A stretch of DNA of 57,740 nt, the filler included, from Sphacelaria rigidula (lineage: Eukaryota), in assembly GCA_964200075.2 (NCBI GenBank). It is 8 parts of 8 records of this genome, joined end to end, with 100 filler letters (N's around TTAATTAATTAA, not from the genome) between each part and the next. Parts side by side here need not be neighbours in the genome. Positions count along the whole stretch, not along the records: positions 7,231 to 14,360 come from CAXNAA020016336.1; positions 14,461 to 21,590 come from CAXNAA020016337.1; positions 21,691 to 28,820 come from CAXNAA020016338.1; 5 more parts are not named here. One strand, given 5' to 3'. The position numbers were made by a program, and so were the translations under genes. Every line of letters begins with the position of its first letter. Within the stretch, counting starts at the first letter, position 1. Under the pieces are notes generated by a model. It had not been told where the DNA came from, did not search any database, and saw only the letters and a list, made by a program, of their open reading frames with translations. Positions 11,763-24,299 of the stretch are shown piece by piece.

Positions 11763-13118
11763 CGCAGAAGGCAGCGCTGATCTGATCTGCGGTACCAAAA
11801 TTTCAGAAAGATCCCGAGGGAGAGATATGGGTCTTCTATCTGCCGAGACGACGGATCCGTTATGTGGAAGGGGAGGGGTTGAAGGTATAACGGCGGCGGC
11901 GGGGGGGGGTACTCATGATATTGTATGCCGTAGGCATGAGACCAGTCACCTAGTATCCCACAAAGCCGGGACAGAGCACGCCGGGATCTCGCCGGAGCAG
12001 GCTCGCAATCACAATTAGAAATGCCGTGACCCAAAACCCGACCTCTGGATGATGACCAATAGCAGCAACATCATTTAATCCAAAGTGCGCGCGTGTGGGG
12101 GGCATGAGGGGGGGGGGGGACTGTCTCTCTCGACTTTGGTCGCTTCATCGGACCCATGATGTGGAAGCGCAGACCCCAGTACAGCAAACACATGAAGAAT
12201 CAAAAACATTTTCATTCACAACCTGCGGTACAGTAGAGGACCGTCATGAGGAACGAGCTTGTAAGAAAATCAGAATGATTTCTCCACTCAAATGAAAAAG
12301 TATTGAGCCTCAGCGCCGAGTGCTACACCAAGTCCAACACACTATTAATAGTAGGCCTTTGCAGAAATGGGCTAAGCCTGATCTTCAGCTCCTCATTCAC
12401 GAGCTGCTAATGTAGGTGTAATCAAGGGTCATGCCTCTGAATGCTGATGTTTTTTGTTCCGAGATCTTGTCTGCTGATAGTTGCCGCAGGCAAGGTTGTG
12501 GAGGATAACTTCCGTAGACGTACACAGATGGACACCAAAATGAACATGAGCAATTTAGCAGGAGCATTGCACAAACGGAAACGCTTGAAGCCAGTAAATT
12601 GGCGCGCAGCAGCACTGTATCATACTCAAGAGAGATAACGATGCACCAGTTTCGGTAGTTCATCCCAGCATCAATTCTACTGCTGCTGCGATGACGTATT
12701 GGTACATGCAGGGCCACATGAACTGCTCGCGCCATCACCACTCCACTAGTTTACTGTACCACGACATCAACATGCTAACCGTTGTGGCTTACGCACGAAC
12801 AAGTATGTCACCCGGGAGAGTGCGCGGCAACTCCCTGTTCTAACGAGGCGTTATCCGTTCACACCAAAAACAACTGTTCCGAAACCGCGGAACACCCGTC
12901 TGTTCCGCATCTCACCAATGCTCTCGGCCGCGAAAGGGTCAACCGTTAGTATATGCTTGTGTATCTATATGCAGTTGAATGTACACGGAGCGTGTACCGA
13001 GGGAGAATTGGGCTGACCTCTTGAGACATGAGACAACCGGTTCGTTCCGAGGATGGGGGGGTCAAAGGTGTAACAAGCACGAACACAAATTGGGGGCACA
13101 GATGTTCGATGATCTCAC

Positions 13119-13226
13119 CCCCGTCTTGCTCTTCACTCCACCCTTTGGCTCGAACTTGGGGCGAGCCTTGGGGTCCATGGCCACGCACAGCTCGAAGGCA
13201 GCAGAAACGGCCGACTTACCCCTGAT
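13119..13226 (-). CDS. Multi-dsRBD protein, exon 1 of those seen (helix 1-beta1)
   Basis: Polypyrimidine tract plus CCAG|; IRGKSAVSAAFELCVAMDPKARPKFEPKGGVKSKTG; |GTGAGA donor; phase 0/0. Confidence 0.8.
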
Positions 13227-14282
13227 CTGGAGTCGGGGAGAAAAAAAAGAGAAAAATCAACAACAAAAAAACGAAAATAAGTACTGTAAAAAAGTAAAGA
13301 ACAAAAAAGCTAGATCTAGATTTTCTTCGAAATTGCCGTCAACAAGAACACACAAGGAGTGCAAAAACAACATCGCGCCGCAATAACAGCAGACTCACCG
13401 TTCTTCATCGGACATCAAAAATAAAATGAAATAAAATACAGGAGTGGCATCGGGAGAAAACAGTAAGAAAACGTCGGAAGCCTTGCACGACCGCAATTGA
13501 GAGTCCACGAATGGTTTGTCAAAAGCAACCATTTTAGCATGAACCATCTCTCAACAAGTACCCGGCGATCGATTACATCGATGGCAAGGCGGGTGAAGGG
13601 TCCTCTCTTCATAAAATAATGCCCCCCCCCCCCCCCCCACCCCCCCCCCCCCCGAAAAAAACGACGGTGTCTCATAAGTTTAAAGAGTCACTATTATAGA
13701 TTGAATTTCGGAAATGAAAATGAAAATACCAACATGAGCAAGAACAATGCGTTAAAGGAAGAAAATAATGAGAGCGTGCGGAAAAATTTAGAGCCATGAG
13801 ATATTAGTGGCGTTTTTTGTGTTCCTCGTATACGGCTGTTGTAACATCTCGAACGTTTGAGATCGCACAATTTTTGGACCTCGGTGAGTTGATCCAGTTG
13901 GCCCCAGTACTTTGGGGTCCAGGTCCACAAGCTCACCAATATAGCTGTGTACGAGTTGTAGATATTTGACGAATAAAAACAGATTTTGAGCAAACACTAG
14001 CGGTACAAAATACAAGACGAAACGACACACAATGATCGCGGCGCAAGTGCACCACACACTCATCTCTATGAGAACCACACCATGAAAAAAAGAATAATTA
14101 CGACGTAGTACCAACGTGTTGCACACCAAACACAATTCATTTCATTCAGGATTCACCAGAAATCACACAGAAAAACGCACACAACCACACGTGCTTGCGC
14201 GCCGATACAAACATACATACATGAATATACTCATTGGTCGTTTTCATGAAGGAAAAAAAAAAACTAACAAAAGCTGTGCCAC

Positions 14283-14360
14283 GGTAGGGTGTACTCATGA
14301 TCATGCATGCCATAGTCATCAGACCATTGACCTCGCATCCCTACAAAGCCGGGGCGGAGC
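14283..14360 (+). mobile_element. End of a high-copy repeat (G-run + GTACTCATGATCATGCATGCC), truncated by contig end
   Basis: Same sequence near 11900, 29415, 35925, 43381 (rc) and 44920-45015 (rc). Confidence 0.75.
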
Positions 14361-14460
14361 NNNNNNNNNNNNNNNNNNNNNNNNNNNNNNNNNNNNNNNN
14401 NNNNTTAATTAATTAANNNNNNNNNNNNNNNNNNNNNNNNNNNNNNNNNNNNNNNNNNNN
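14361..14460. other. Artificial contig linker
   Basis: N44-TTAATTAATTAA-N44. Confidence 0.99.
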
Positions 14461-15254
14461 ATCTCGAAGTTAAACCTCAATTCTCACAATTTGTTGTTCT
14501 GTGTTCATTAATAACAAGATAACAGGAGGAAACAATGAGACTGGACAGGCGGGATATTTGTGCGTCGCCTCTGTACACCAACGACAATCGGAAATAATGT
14601 GCTGTCACCACTGCCTGTGTACATCGATAACAAGCTACTCTGCGTTGCTGTGCGAAGCAACTTCGCGTTACAACAGCAAGTACCCGCCCGTCACCTCTCG
14701 AATTGCAGTGAGCGAGGTCACACATGAAAGTCGCCTGAGCGCACGTCGGACGGATCAAGCGCAGGAACGCACGTGTGAAGAGCGGTTTTGAACATCGTCT
14801 GTGTACCGCACTTCACGGACTAGTAGCAGCAGCCGTGATATGTTCTGCCACTGCCGCCTGTGTACACTAACAACAATATGTAAACATTGCGGTTGGCAAG
14901 TTGCAGTTTCGATCGAATGCTTGGGCCGGGACTAGATACTACAAGGCAAGAATGAGCAAGGGCATTTGCGCCAACATGCGCATTCCAGCACTACTTGCTC
15001 TGTGCCGATGTCATGTGAAATGGATAATACGTGGGTGCGTTGATTACGCAGCGCTCCTTTTGCGCTGCCATGATGGTCAGCATGACACAATAGGCAACGT
15101 GACGGTTCAACGCTGATACCTCCGAACGTCTCGTGTCTTGTATCGCAGAGGTGAAGTTTGCCGTTGATGGTTTGCTTTCAGGAGTGGAGAACACAGAAGT
15201 GATTTCTTCCACTCGTGCCACGACCCTGAGCCCATCGGGCCCATGAAGTAATTG

Positions 15255-15360
15255 CTCTCCAAACCTGCCATCACAAAAAGGTGCGGGGTATGCCATATTA
15301 TGCAGCCCAGCCGCACAGCGTGAATCGCTTTTTCTTCGTCAACGTCGTCTACATCATCCT
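15255..15360 (-). pseudogene. Possible degenerate pipsqueak-type HTH (pogo/Fot1-like transposase remnant)
   Basis: DEEKAIHAVRLG then, after a frameshift, AA*YGIPRTFL; resembles the psq pattern AIxAVxxG..AAxxYGIPRxTL. Confidence 0.3.
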
Positions 15361-16530
15361 CACTTGTTCGCGGTACTCGACACATGTGCTAATTGGTTGA
15401 ATATTCTCTGCTGCTTCGTTTGTGCGGAATGTGAGTAAAAGGGTCAAGTGGGGTTGGTGTTGTGGGTGACGCCCGCAACTACTGCCACTTTTCGCCTTCT
15501 TGACTGCTGATGTTGAGAAGGACGGTGAATGTGGGGTGGAATGTAGTGGGCGTGTGCTTCCCGAGTGCCACAGCCAAACAATAGAAGCACACAACATTAT
15601 ATCAGTGCAGTCGCTGGAGGAACCACATTTCCGCGACACCGACCACTCGCAGGGTTGTAAATATGTCCTCAAGTTAGAGCTTATTTCATATGAGCGAGAT
15701 CCTCATCCGGAGATGACGTCTGTATTTGTGATTGATACGATTGGCTCGATTACGGGTCATTTTTTCTGCATGGGTAGTGGTCGGTCCATTTTGCAGATAT
15801 ATAGTGCCCAAAATCAGGCCCCATTCACCCCCATAACTGTTCAGGCACTCTCCAGCGCTCATCGCACCGTGATCGTTGTAGAGAGTTTGGATACACAACA
15901 GCACAGCGACAACTACAGCATAGAAATGATGAGTGTGGGAAGTGCCTTGTTCGTTTGACTCGAGACGAAATAGCCAACACACCATGAAGACGTCAACAAC
16001 AACAACAGTGTCTAAAGGGCACTCGCCGCATTTCTCAGCCTGCGCGCAAATCTGGGTTTGTGCCGCAACTTGGACAGCCTGTACATGGGCACAAACGACG
16101 TACTTTTTACTCGTGGCCTGTCTTTGCCGCCTGCCTGACTCCTCTGTTGCCAACATAGCTTCACACTGTAGTGTGGTTGTGGAACACCAAGCAGAAACAC
16201 CAGTAGCGTACAGTAGACTGTGTTCAGTGCAGAACGATGCACGCTCACTGTTTCTTGAATTTTTTGCGGTAGCTGGTGCAGTATCACCAGCATCTTTCGT
16301 GCCAGTAGATGAACGCGGCTGGGGCTGGAGCCGATACTGCTGCTGCTGCCTGTTTTCCTCGTGGGAGAGACGGTTCGCGTTTCGATCGTGCTACAACGCC
16401 CACGCACCTTGCGCAAATGCAACCTACATGCATACGTACACTGGATTCAAGTATGTGGGGGGGTCACGTTTTGGGCAGTTTTTCAAAAGTTCTGCTTCTT
16501 TTTTTTAAAATTCTGATTGGCTCTGAAATA

Positions 16531-17122
16531 CTTCCTCTGTCTCATAAGTCTGGGCACTTATGGACGTTTACTCGTTTGCGCTTTCAAACCCTTCCGACCA
16601 TCCTATAGTTGGGTTCATTGGAAAGATGAAACGCCGACGAAGCTGATGCAAAAACAAAATTGAAAAAAACGTTAGTGATCCATACTAAAATGACGTCAAA
16701 ATATGCCCATTTGGCCCATTTTTGGTCCACGCATACCCCAATATTGACCAATTTTGGACGTTTTCACGTCAAACAGTCGCGATTACATGTTGAAAATATG
16801 GTTGATGGGGCGTGCGTAGGTTAACATCACGGAAATATCCAAAATCACTCGTTCTATTGCGATTTTCACGGTTTTTCGCGATTTTTCGTATTCCAGCATT
16901 CCCCATACTCACTGGGAAAAAGAGCGAAAAATTACCGTTTTTTGGCCGACTTACTTTTTCTCGACCGCGGGACTGCACGCGTCGAGCACCCACGTTGTAG
17001 AAAGAGTGTTGTGTTTAGCTAAAAAAACGCCAATGAATGCAATAAAAATAAATAAATAAAAAATCGGACACCGTTAAGGGCTCGTACTAAGATAGGTTCC
17101 CAGACTCATGAAACAGAGGAAG
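16531..17122. mobile_element. 592-bp Stowaway-like (Tc1/mariner) MITE
   Basis: TA|CTTCCTCTGTCTCATAAGTCTGGG...CCCAGACTCATGAAACAGAGGAAG|TA; second, truncated copy at 50262. Confidence 0.85.
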
Positions 17123-17589
17123 TATATCCTGAAAAAAACGAGACAGTTTTCTGCCACAGAAATCCAATGCCGAATCTGATATGACCTGAGATAACAACCA
17201 CTTTGAAAATTGGAATTACGTGGCTATGTAGCAGCCAACGATCACCCTCGAACAGGCTTTTTAGTTGTTAGCATGTCGTGGTAACCGAGGGTTCAGGCTG
17301 CGACACACGAAAAACATTGCCGCTCACAACACGGGGTTTTTCAAATTGGGAATCGATTTTTCATCGAGGATGAGAAGCCCGGAGAATTGAAATATTTGTA
17401 TAGATCGCTCTGCTTCGCATCGCGCTTCCAATGATCCCATCCTTTCTAACATTGCAATGTAATGAAAAAGGGACAGAAGAGACAGACACCTTCAATGAAG
17501 AGCGATGGGACTCGTCCTCTTTGGCGGCATCTGAGCCGCGGGCGTGAAGGCGAGAGAGTGCTAGATAGAGCTGTTAGGGCCCTTTTTAA

Positions 17590-17692
17590 CCCTTAGACCG
17601 CGAAGCGGATAGTCCATCTGGATCACGCTTTTTTTTCAAGTGAAAATTGATGCCGATTCAGCAGGTTACCACCCCCCGTCGCGGTCTAAAGG
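17590..17692. mobile_element. 103-bp piggyBac-like MITE
   Basis: TTAA|CCCTTAGACCGCGA...TCGCGGTCTAAAGG|TCAA; empty site CCCTTTTTAACGAAGGGG at 52735-52752. Confidence 0.9.
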
Positions 17693-17774
17693 TCAACGAA
17701 GGGGATTCCCCTTTTTCACAATCTACTTTGACAGGGGATTGGCCCCATGACGATCAGTCCCCAGTCCTATCGAC

Positions 17775-19008
17775 TAGGCTTAAGTTCCGTATGCGCGCAT
17801 AAACTTTAGCTTAATTTCGGGGGTTTTAGCTTAAATAGGCCTGTCTAGCGCAAAGCTTATAATCGGCTTAATTCGCTTGAAACGAGCTTAACTTACTTAA
17901 AACGCGCATAAACGCGCATAAAGTTGCGATATTTGTTTGCTCGCAAGTGCTCCATGTGGCGTAGCTCGTCACCAGACAGGCCGACAGGCGTCAGGCTTTA
18001 GGCTCAAACACTCAGTACTTCAAACTTCCATCGTCATGTTTAGTCTTCCTATTTTGTTGCGGGTCTGATGAGCACTGCTCCATTATATATTTAGTACATA
18101 CGGTACTATGTTGCTTTCGAAAATATGACTAGATACTAAATAAATTACACACTTGTACTTTGTGCAGCAGACAGCAGTAGTAATAGCAGCACCAACAGAG
18201 AGAAGTGATATCGAGTGATGGCAGCGTTGTTTGTAGCTCACGAGGTCATGGCGGGCCTACTGTCCGAGAAGGACGACTTTTCGGTCGCGGCCTCAGGCGC
18301 GCACTCGGAGTACAGTTTGCTGTCGTTTTGAGATGACAATGAGAACAGGCTTCCCCGTTGGTATCTCGTGGCGATGGATATCGTACTTATCCAGTCATCG
18401 TCCGCGTCTGTGGAGCGAGTGTTTTCGATTCTAAGGGGGTGCTTGAAATCCCGGCAGGAGAAGGCGTTAGGTAACCGGATCGAATCCGCAGTTATGATGA
18501 AGTACAATCGATACCGGTAGTTCGACAAGACTTTCATTTTTGACTGACGGTAGATGATGCGGGGGGGGTGGTGGTAGCTTGAAGCGTGCAGCTTGCCGGG
18601 CGAGAGGCCAAAGGCTGCAATGCCCTATGTCTAGAGACTACAACCCCGTACTGCTGTATCGAGCATCGTAAGTGTAGTGGCGTTTGTTGTTTCCGCACGT
18701 GGGTTGGGGTGTAGGTGTGCAGGTTGTGGTATCCAAACTCAATAACTGAAGAAGAGCTTCATTTTTTATTTGTAAATACTCAACAAAAACTCCGAATGCC
18801 CAACTTGTCGTCTTGTCATGCTAGAAGGCGCGCCTCGTGAGGGGATACTGCCACAACTCCACAACAAGGACCGGGATAAGGTGCAAAAAGCGCGCCTAAT
18901 ATACGCTAAAAAAGCTTAGAACGGGGCTTGAAAACGAAGAAGAGCTTATACATTAAAAAAACGGAGCCTAATTTCAAGAAAAAAACGCGCATATGGAACT
19001 AAAGCCTA
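17775..19008 (+). mobile_element. 1234-bp non-autonomous hAT element
   Basis: 8-bp TSD CTATCGAC (17767, 19009); 23-bp TIR TAGGCTTAAGTTCCGTATGCGCG (2 mismatches); empty site near 52815; internal transposase remnant. Confidence 0.93.
18242..18520 (+). pseudogene. hAT transposase C-terminal dimerisation domain remnant
   Basis: LLSF*DDNENRLPRWYLVAMDIVLIQSSSASVERVFSILRGCLKSRQEKALGNRIESAVMMKYNR; in-frame TGA where Trp is expected. Confidence 0.88.
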
Positions 19009-19504
19009 CTATCGACAAGCAGTTTTGTACAAATCGGAACGTAGATCTGCACGCAGGTTGAAATGTGCGGCGGGTCTGGAAGTGGTCGTTAGTCCAAGCA
19101 GGTCCAAGGTCTGTGTAATAATGCTGCAGACAAGACACATCAAGGCAACACAACACCTACACACCCAGCCCCGGAAAAACACCCCCAGACACCCACCACT
19201 GACGCGCATTAGTTTTACTGCTAGCCCGTGCTGATCTACACACGGCAGTCTTTGTTTGACAGAAATCCGTTCCGTATTGGACGACTGGCGGCTGCAGGCG
19301 TTTCAAGAACAACCGAAAACGTGTCGTTGCTGACGGTTTTGTAAGCGTGTGCTGCGCGCGCGTCTCTCACACAAATCATCATTTCTCAATGAGTTCCGAC
19401 CAGATGTGAGCAAGGTCACGCACAGCGTGCACAGCTGATGAGCAGCCACAGCTCGATTTGCTGTCAAACACAGACTGTTGTGTGTAGATTAGCAAGGGCT
19501 AGCA

Positions 19505-19748
19505 GAGGGGTGCTACGGTAGGGATACACAAATATTTTCTGAGGTTAGAATTGCTGGGAGCCCTTTATTTCATCCCAAACACGACTTACGAAAATATGCG
19601 AGAGCACGCCAGGATTACTATTCCAATGTGCTGGGGATATCCCGAATTAATCTGCGAACGGGGATACTCTGATCCATATTCTTGTGCGTCTAGAACCGTT
19701 AGGAGCCTCTGAACCAGACAAAAGTGCACCCCTACCGGAGCATTGCAC
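19505..19748. mobile_element. Sola2-like MITE, second copy
   Basis: AGCA|GAGGGGTGCTACGGTAGGG...CCCCTACCGGAGCATTGCAC|AGCC; homologous to 10798-11056. Confidence 0.7.
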
Positions 19749-21164
19749 AGCCGTGAAACTAATGCGCGTGAGTGGTGGCTGTCTATGCGTGTTTTTTCGG
19801 GACTTGGTGTGTAGGTGTGGTGTTGTTGCCTTGCTGTGTCTTGTCTTCAGCATTACACAGACCTTGGACCTGCTTGGACTTACGACCACTTCCAGGCCCG
19901 CCGCAGATTTCAACCTGCGTGCAGATCTGGGTTCCGATTTGTACACAACTACTTGTCGATACTGTAGCACTTGGGGCTGGTGGTTAGGGCCTGTCCTTTC
20001 GGTCGAAAAAATGGAGCGGTGGAATCGATCTGAGCGAAAAAATCTCGTTTTGATGCAGTTGGGCCCAGACTGACTGATACTACTTGTTACAGAGAGACGA
20101 ACACAACAATACCGTACATCAAGCAATATCAGCGGAGACCAAACCGTCTTCGCAAGATCTAACCACACCCCAGAACAGTGATAGCTACAGGACATGAGAG
20201 CGGAAGTGAGTGTGTTTGTGCTTCAGTACAGTGAGACAAGACATGTCCCATGTTTTAGTACTTCGGCTTATTTTAAACGGGCCCTCACTGTTTGCAGGGT
20301 GCCGATCTTGAACGCTCGGACATGATCGCTCGCGCAAATAGTTGTAAATTAAATTATCCTTATGTATGCGTCCTGTGCCTGAAATTCGTGACACGGCACA
20401 TGGTCACTATTGTACAATACACACAATCTGTACTGTCTGCACCGCTTCCAAGCATGGTGTCGTGAGTGCGTGCGTGCGTGTTTCGTTCAGGAGGATGTGA
20501 AGGAGAAGCGGGCAACATGCAGTGCACAGCCCAGGACTATCAGTTCTTCCTGCTTACAATGCGACGTGAAGAAGACGTCAGCAACGTGCAGCTTTGTACA
20601 GACTGCACTATCCATGAGCGTGCACGCAACTCAGTTGCCCACCGTACCAGGCAGTTCTGTCGCTGATGCCCATCATGAGAGAAGACGTGCACGTTTTCAC
20701 CAAGAAAAAATAACAAAACATACCCAGCTACTGCAGTTTATCTAACCACAAGTGATAGCAAGCTGTTCACCTCCCCTGCCCGAGTACAGGCTGTACTCTG
20801 CAAGCACAGCTGTTCACCTCCCCTGTCCGAGAACAGGCTGTACTTTGCAAGCACAGAGAGTACAGTAGTGACGGTGTCATACTGTATACAGTCCGTCTTC
20901 AGGTTCTAAAACTAAAAAACCCTGCAAAACTGACGTGTTGTCCTGTGTTCACTGTAGTGCAGCACTCCATATACCACTGCAGAGGTGTCTTGTGTTCAGT
21001 GTACTACCCTGTACTCCAGATAATGGGGTCGTGTTTTCAGTGGTTCTTGAAAAGTTCTCCATGTTTTGAAAAAAATGTCGAAAAGTTCTGCTTGTTTTCC
21101 TGTCACAGAAATCTAATGAAGAATCTGGAACAGCCTGAGACAACAACCAACTTGAAAATCGGAA

Positions 21165-21516
21165 TCCACACCACATTATCGAAATATGATTCCAATTCTT
21201 CACTTGCTGGTAGCTATTGACGACTACGTTACGCCATGCAACTTTTGATTTCGATTGCGGACATGTTAGGGTTCGAGGCAAGAAACCAATTTTGGGGAAT
21301 ATTGGCCATCTCATCGAATTAACTTAATTACTAGAACATTTTCTTCACGTAAGACCTCAGCATGTCGGTTATCGGGATTCAAATCTGTATCGCGTGGTAG
21401 TTGTCAAAAGCCACCAGTAGGGGGAAGAGTGGGACTACGTCAAGAAGATTTGGTGTGGATACGAACATTTCAATTCTCCGGGTTCTCATCCTCAATAGAA
21501 ATCCATCCCCAATCTA
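21165..21516. mobile_element. Foldback MITE, partial copy (family of 32140-32584)
   Basis: CTGGTAGCTATTGA.. arm and reverse-complement arm ..CCAGTAG..GATTTGGTGTGGATACGAA. Confidence 0.65.
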
Positions 21517-21590
21517 ACAATGTTTTCGTGAGACTGAGAATCTTCGATACGATTGAGAATAGGGTTGAGGCAAGCTGTCAGCGGTCGGTT

Positions 21591-21690
21591 NNNNNNNNNN
21601 NNNNNNNNNNNNNNNNNNNNNNNNNNNNNNNNNNTTAATTAATTAANNNNNNNNNNNNNNNNNNNNNNNNNNNNNNNNNNNNNNNNNNNN
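21591..21690. other. Artificial contig linker
   Basis: N44-TTAATTAATTAA-N44. Confidence 0.99.
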
Positions 21691-23398
21691 TGACCTAATT
21701 TTTGTTATTTGCCTAGTTCAGTGATCAATCTGCACTGTAGAGTTAAGCAAATGTTGACAACAACTGGAGACTGTCGTTCGTTTGTATCAAGTACGCAGTG
21801 TACGCAATGTCGAACACAGCAGCAAGCAGCATGTTTTCATGTACTGTACATGGATGTGTGTTCTAAGACCGATGCGCGCACACACAGTAACTACTATCGC
21901 CATCATCTATCGATCAGGGGGGTACCCCCCCTCCTACGGCCCCAGAATGAGGTTCGGGCGACCTGGGGGGAGGTGGTGCCGTCATTATTTCCCGATATGG
22001 GGCCCCTCGGCCCAGCGTGCAGCTGCATGGAGCTTGACGCTGTCTCCTGTCTGCCCGAGAAACAGCAGTTTGCAACTTATAGTCCATGGCATACCGGGAA
22101 GCAAGTCCTGTTTGTGTAATTGAAAGCAGGGATGGTAGTGGTTGGGACTAGTGCGTGACGGCCTAGCGGGAATCTGCCGGGACACGGCTCGCGTCTCAGC
22201 GCCGGCTTGCTGTGGGCCCTTGCGACTGTGGGGCGACGGCGATAACACGAAGACGATTTATGCTTCAGTACAACTTTACGCTTCCGTGCAACAACACATC
22301 GCCGTACCCCGGGTGCGTGCGGCAGACCTTCATTTTAGAGCCACTTCTAACAAGGGCCCAGCCGAGACTACTCCGGTTTCACCGCCGCAATCTAAGACCG
22401 CAACGTCACAAACACCGAAATAAATTGAAATTGGAAGCGCCCTGGGCACAGGGCAATCTGTAATATATATCAATACTTGAACACACACGATCTTCGCATT
22501 CTTGAGACTTGATGCAAGAGAGCAGTACACCGTCTGTGCAAACAGCACGCGGCTGTTGTTTCTACACCGTCACCTGAAGAACACGATCATTCCAATACTC
22601 TTTAGTGTTTGGTGTACTCTATTATTATCTCCTACTCTCTGGCACTATTCCAGGCCCACACCGTCTAGGCGTAAACTGCCGGTGGAAGGGTGACAGTTGG
22701 TGCGCACAACTCGAGTGCTTGTCGCAGAATATGCGCTCCACTGGGATACCGTTGTATTTGCACGTCACTTTTTCCCGACAGATCCGTCTTGAGGCCAACT
22801 CTCGAAAACTGTATTATTGAACATGTTTCTCATTGCACACAGTACTTCGTCATCACTTCAGCACCTCGGGTTTCCGGTTCACCGAGGTTGATGCAGTAGC
22901 ACACGGGAGGCGATATATGTACTCCACATCCCCACATCCAGTAGTCTTTCGGTAAACCATAGCTTTGGGGCTGTGATATTGAAGAGAACACCTTTTGTCA
23001 ACTGACACATCGGGGGGGAAACGTGCTCCTCATGACTAGAGAAGATATAGCGAAGAAAAGGTATCCTGAGAGAAGAGGCAACCCGCAATCCTCGACAAGG
23101 GTCCCAGTTTCCAGAATAGGCGCAAGAGGCAATCTCAGAAGAGTGCTGGGTAATAAGAACAAAATCCAAGAGGAAAAAAATCAATCAGCGCCATATTTAG
23201 TACAAATTGATTTCGAAATTTTGAGACATGACACACCTATGGGCCTCTTTTTACGTGCAATCGAATACCCCCCCCCCCCTGTCGTAGGGTGACTCTTATC
23301 CCAAGAAGAGACGATAGTGACAACTACACAACATATGCCACGTCACACTCAATGTCAACAATTTCCGCGTCACAACTATCATTCTCCACGATAACCAG

Positions 23399-23665
23399 TC
23401 ATGTCCTTGTTGCCGTCCCTTGCGATGCCTCCCAGGCTTCCTTGGCTAGCCGCCTAAGCACCTCTGAGTTCGCAGGGCCAGTCTCATTCACCATCGATGA
23501 GAATGTAGCGGCAGCTTGATTTCCTTCTTCTGCCCTTCCTGCTCCCTGCTCCCCTCCTCCTTGTTGGCCGTAGAGGGTATTGGGATTCCCGGCTTGGCCA
23601 GGATTCTGCAGAAGAGTGTGAGGGTGACCGCTCTCGATTACTCGACCTTCGGACAGCACCACCAC
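23399..23665 (-). CDS. Last coding exon of an ABCC/MRP-type ABC transporter
   Basis: CGCAG| VVVLSEGRVIESGHPHTLL...FSSMVNETGPANSEVLRRLA...stop; typical ABCC NBD2 tail. Confidence 0.85.
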   Translation of the reverse strand: MVVLSEGRVIESGHPHTLLQNPGQAGNPNTLYGQQGGGEQGAGRAEEGNQAAATFSSMVNETGPANSEVLRRLAKEAWEASQGTATRT

Positions 23666-24299
23666 CTGCGTCGTGAATTATATTTGCTGGGGGTCGGTTT
23701 TCTCGCATGCACTGAACGCCAAAACAGCACCATCCAACAAACGATTCATTGCGAGATTTGGACCACAACACCTCAAGAACTGCAGCCTCACTCGCAGTAG
23801 TTGAGCGAATTTAGGTCCCCGCTCGTCAAACCACCCAGGAAATGAGGTAAAGTTGAAAGAGTTTTGCCATGATCAAGGGAAAGTGAGGCGAAAAAGACAC
23901 AAGTTACCGGACCAAATCCTCCACGTGACCTAACCCGTTGTCAGAGTACGTGCAATAGAATTATTTTGCAACTGATCACGGCAGCACACAAGCGGTGCTG
24001 CAAATACATCCTGACAACGGGGTCAAAACATGGAGGGAGAGCCTTTGATTATATGTTTTTAAGAACCACCTTACCCCACCGCGAAGATATCACAGTGTAT
24101 AGCATATTCTTTTCGCTTTACCCACGCCGCCAGGGGTGGGTGCGGAGCGTTTTCAAGGCAAGGGATCCGCCAATATACTCCCAAGAATGAGGGGGGCGGT
24201 AGGGGTTGGTTTCGGGAGGGGCACGCCTGTAGTAACTATTTGGTATCAATGTAGCTTGTTGTACTTGCTCGGTTCATGGATGTGAAATACGGGATTTTA

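Larger units (their letters stand above)
17392..21165. repeat. Long dispersed repeat copy carrying nested insertions
   Basis: Collinear with 52552-56450 once insertions are removed; both start near TAGATCGCTCTGCTTCGCATCGCGC and end at CCTGAGACAACAACCAA.TTGAAAAT.GGAAT. Confidence 0.85.

Noticed and set aside
19025..20195. Conserved-looking peptides recurring in contigs 1, 3 and 8 (AAGLEVVVSPSRSKVCV, MSVHAT)
   Set aside because: They arise from DNA-level repeat homology; frames and stops are not conserved between copies.
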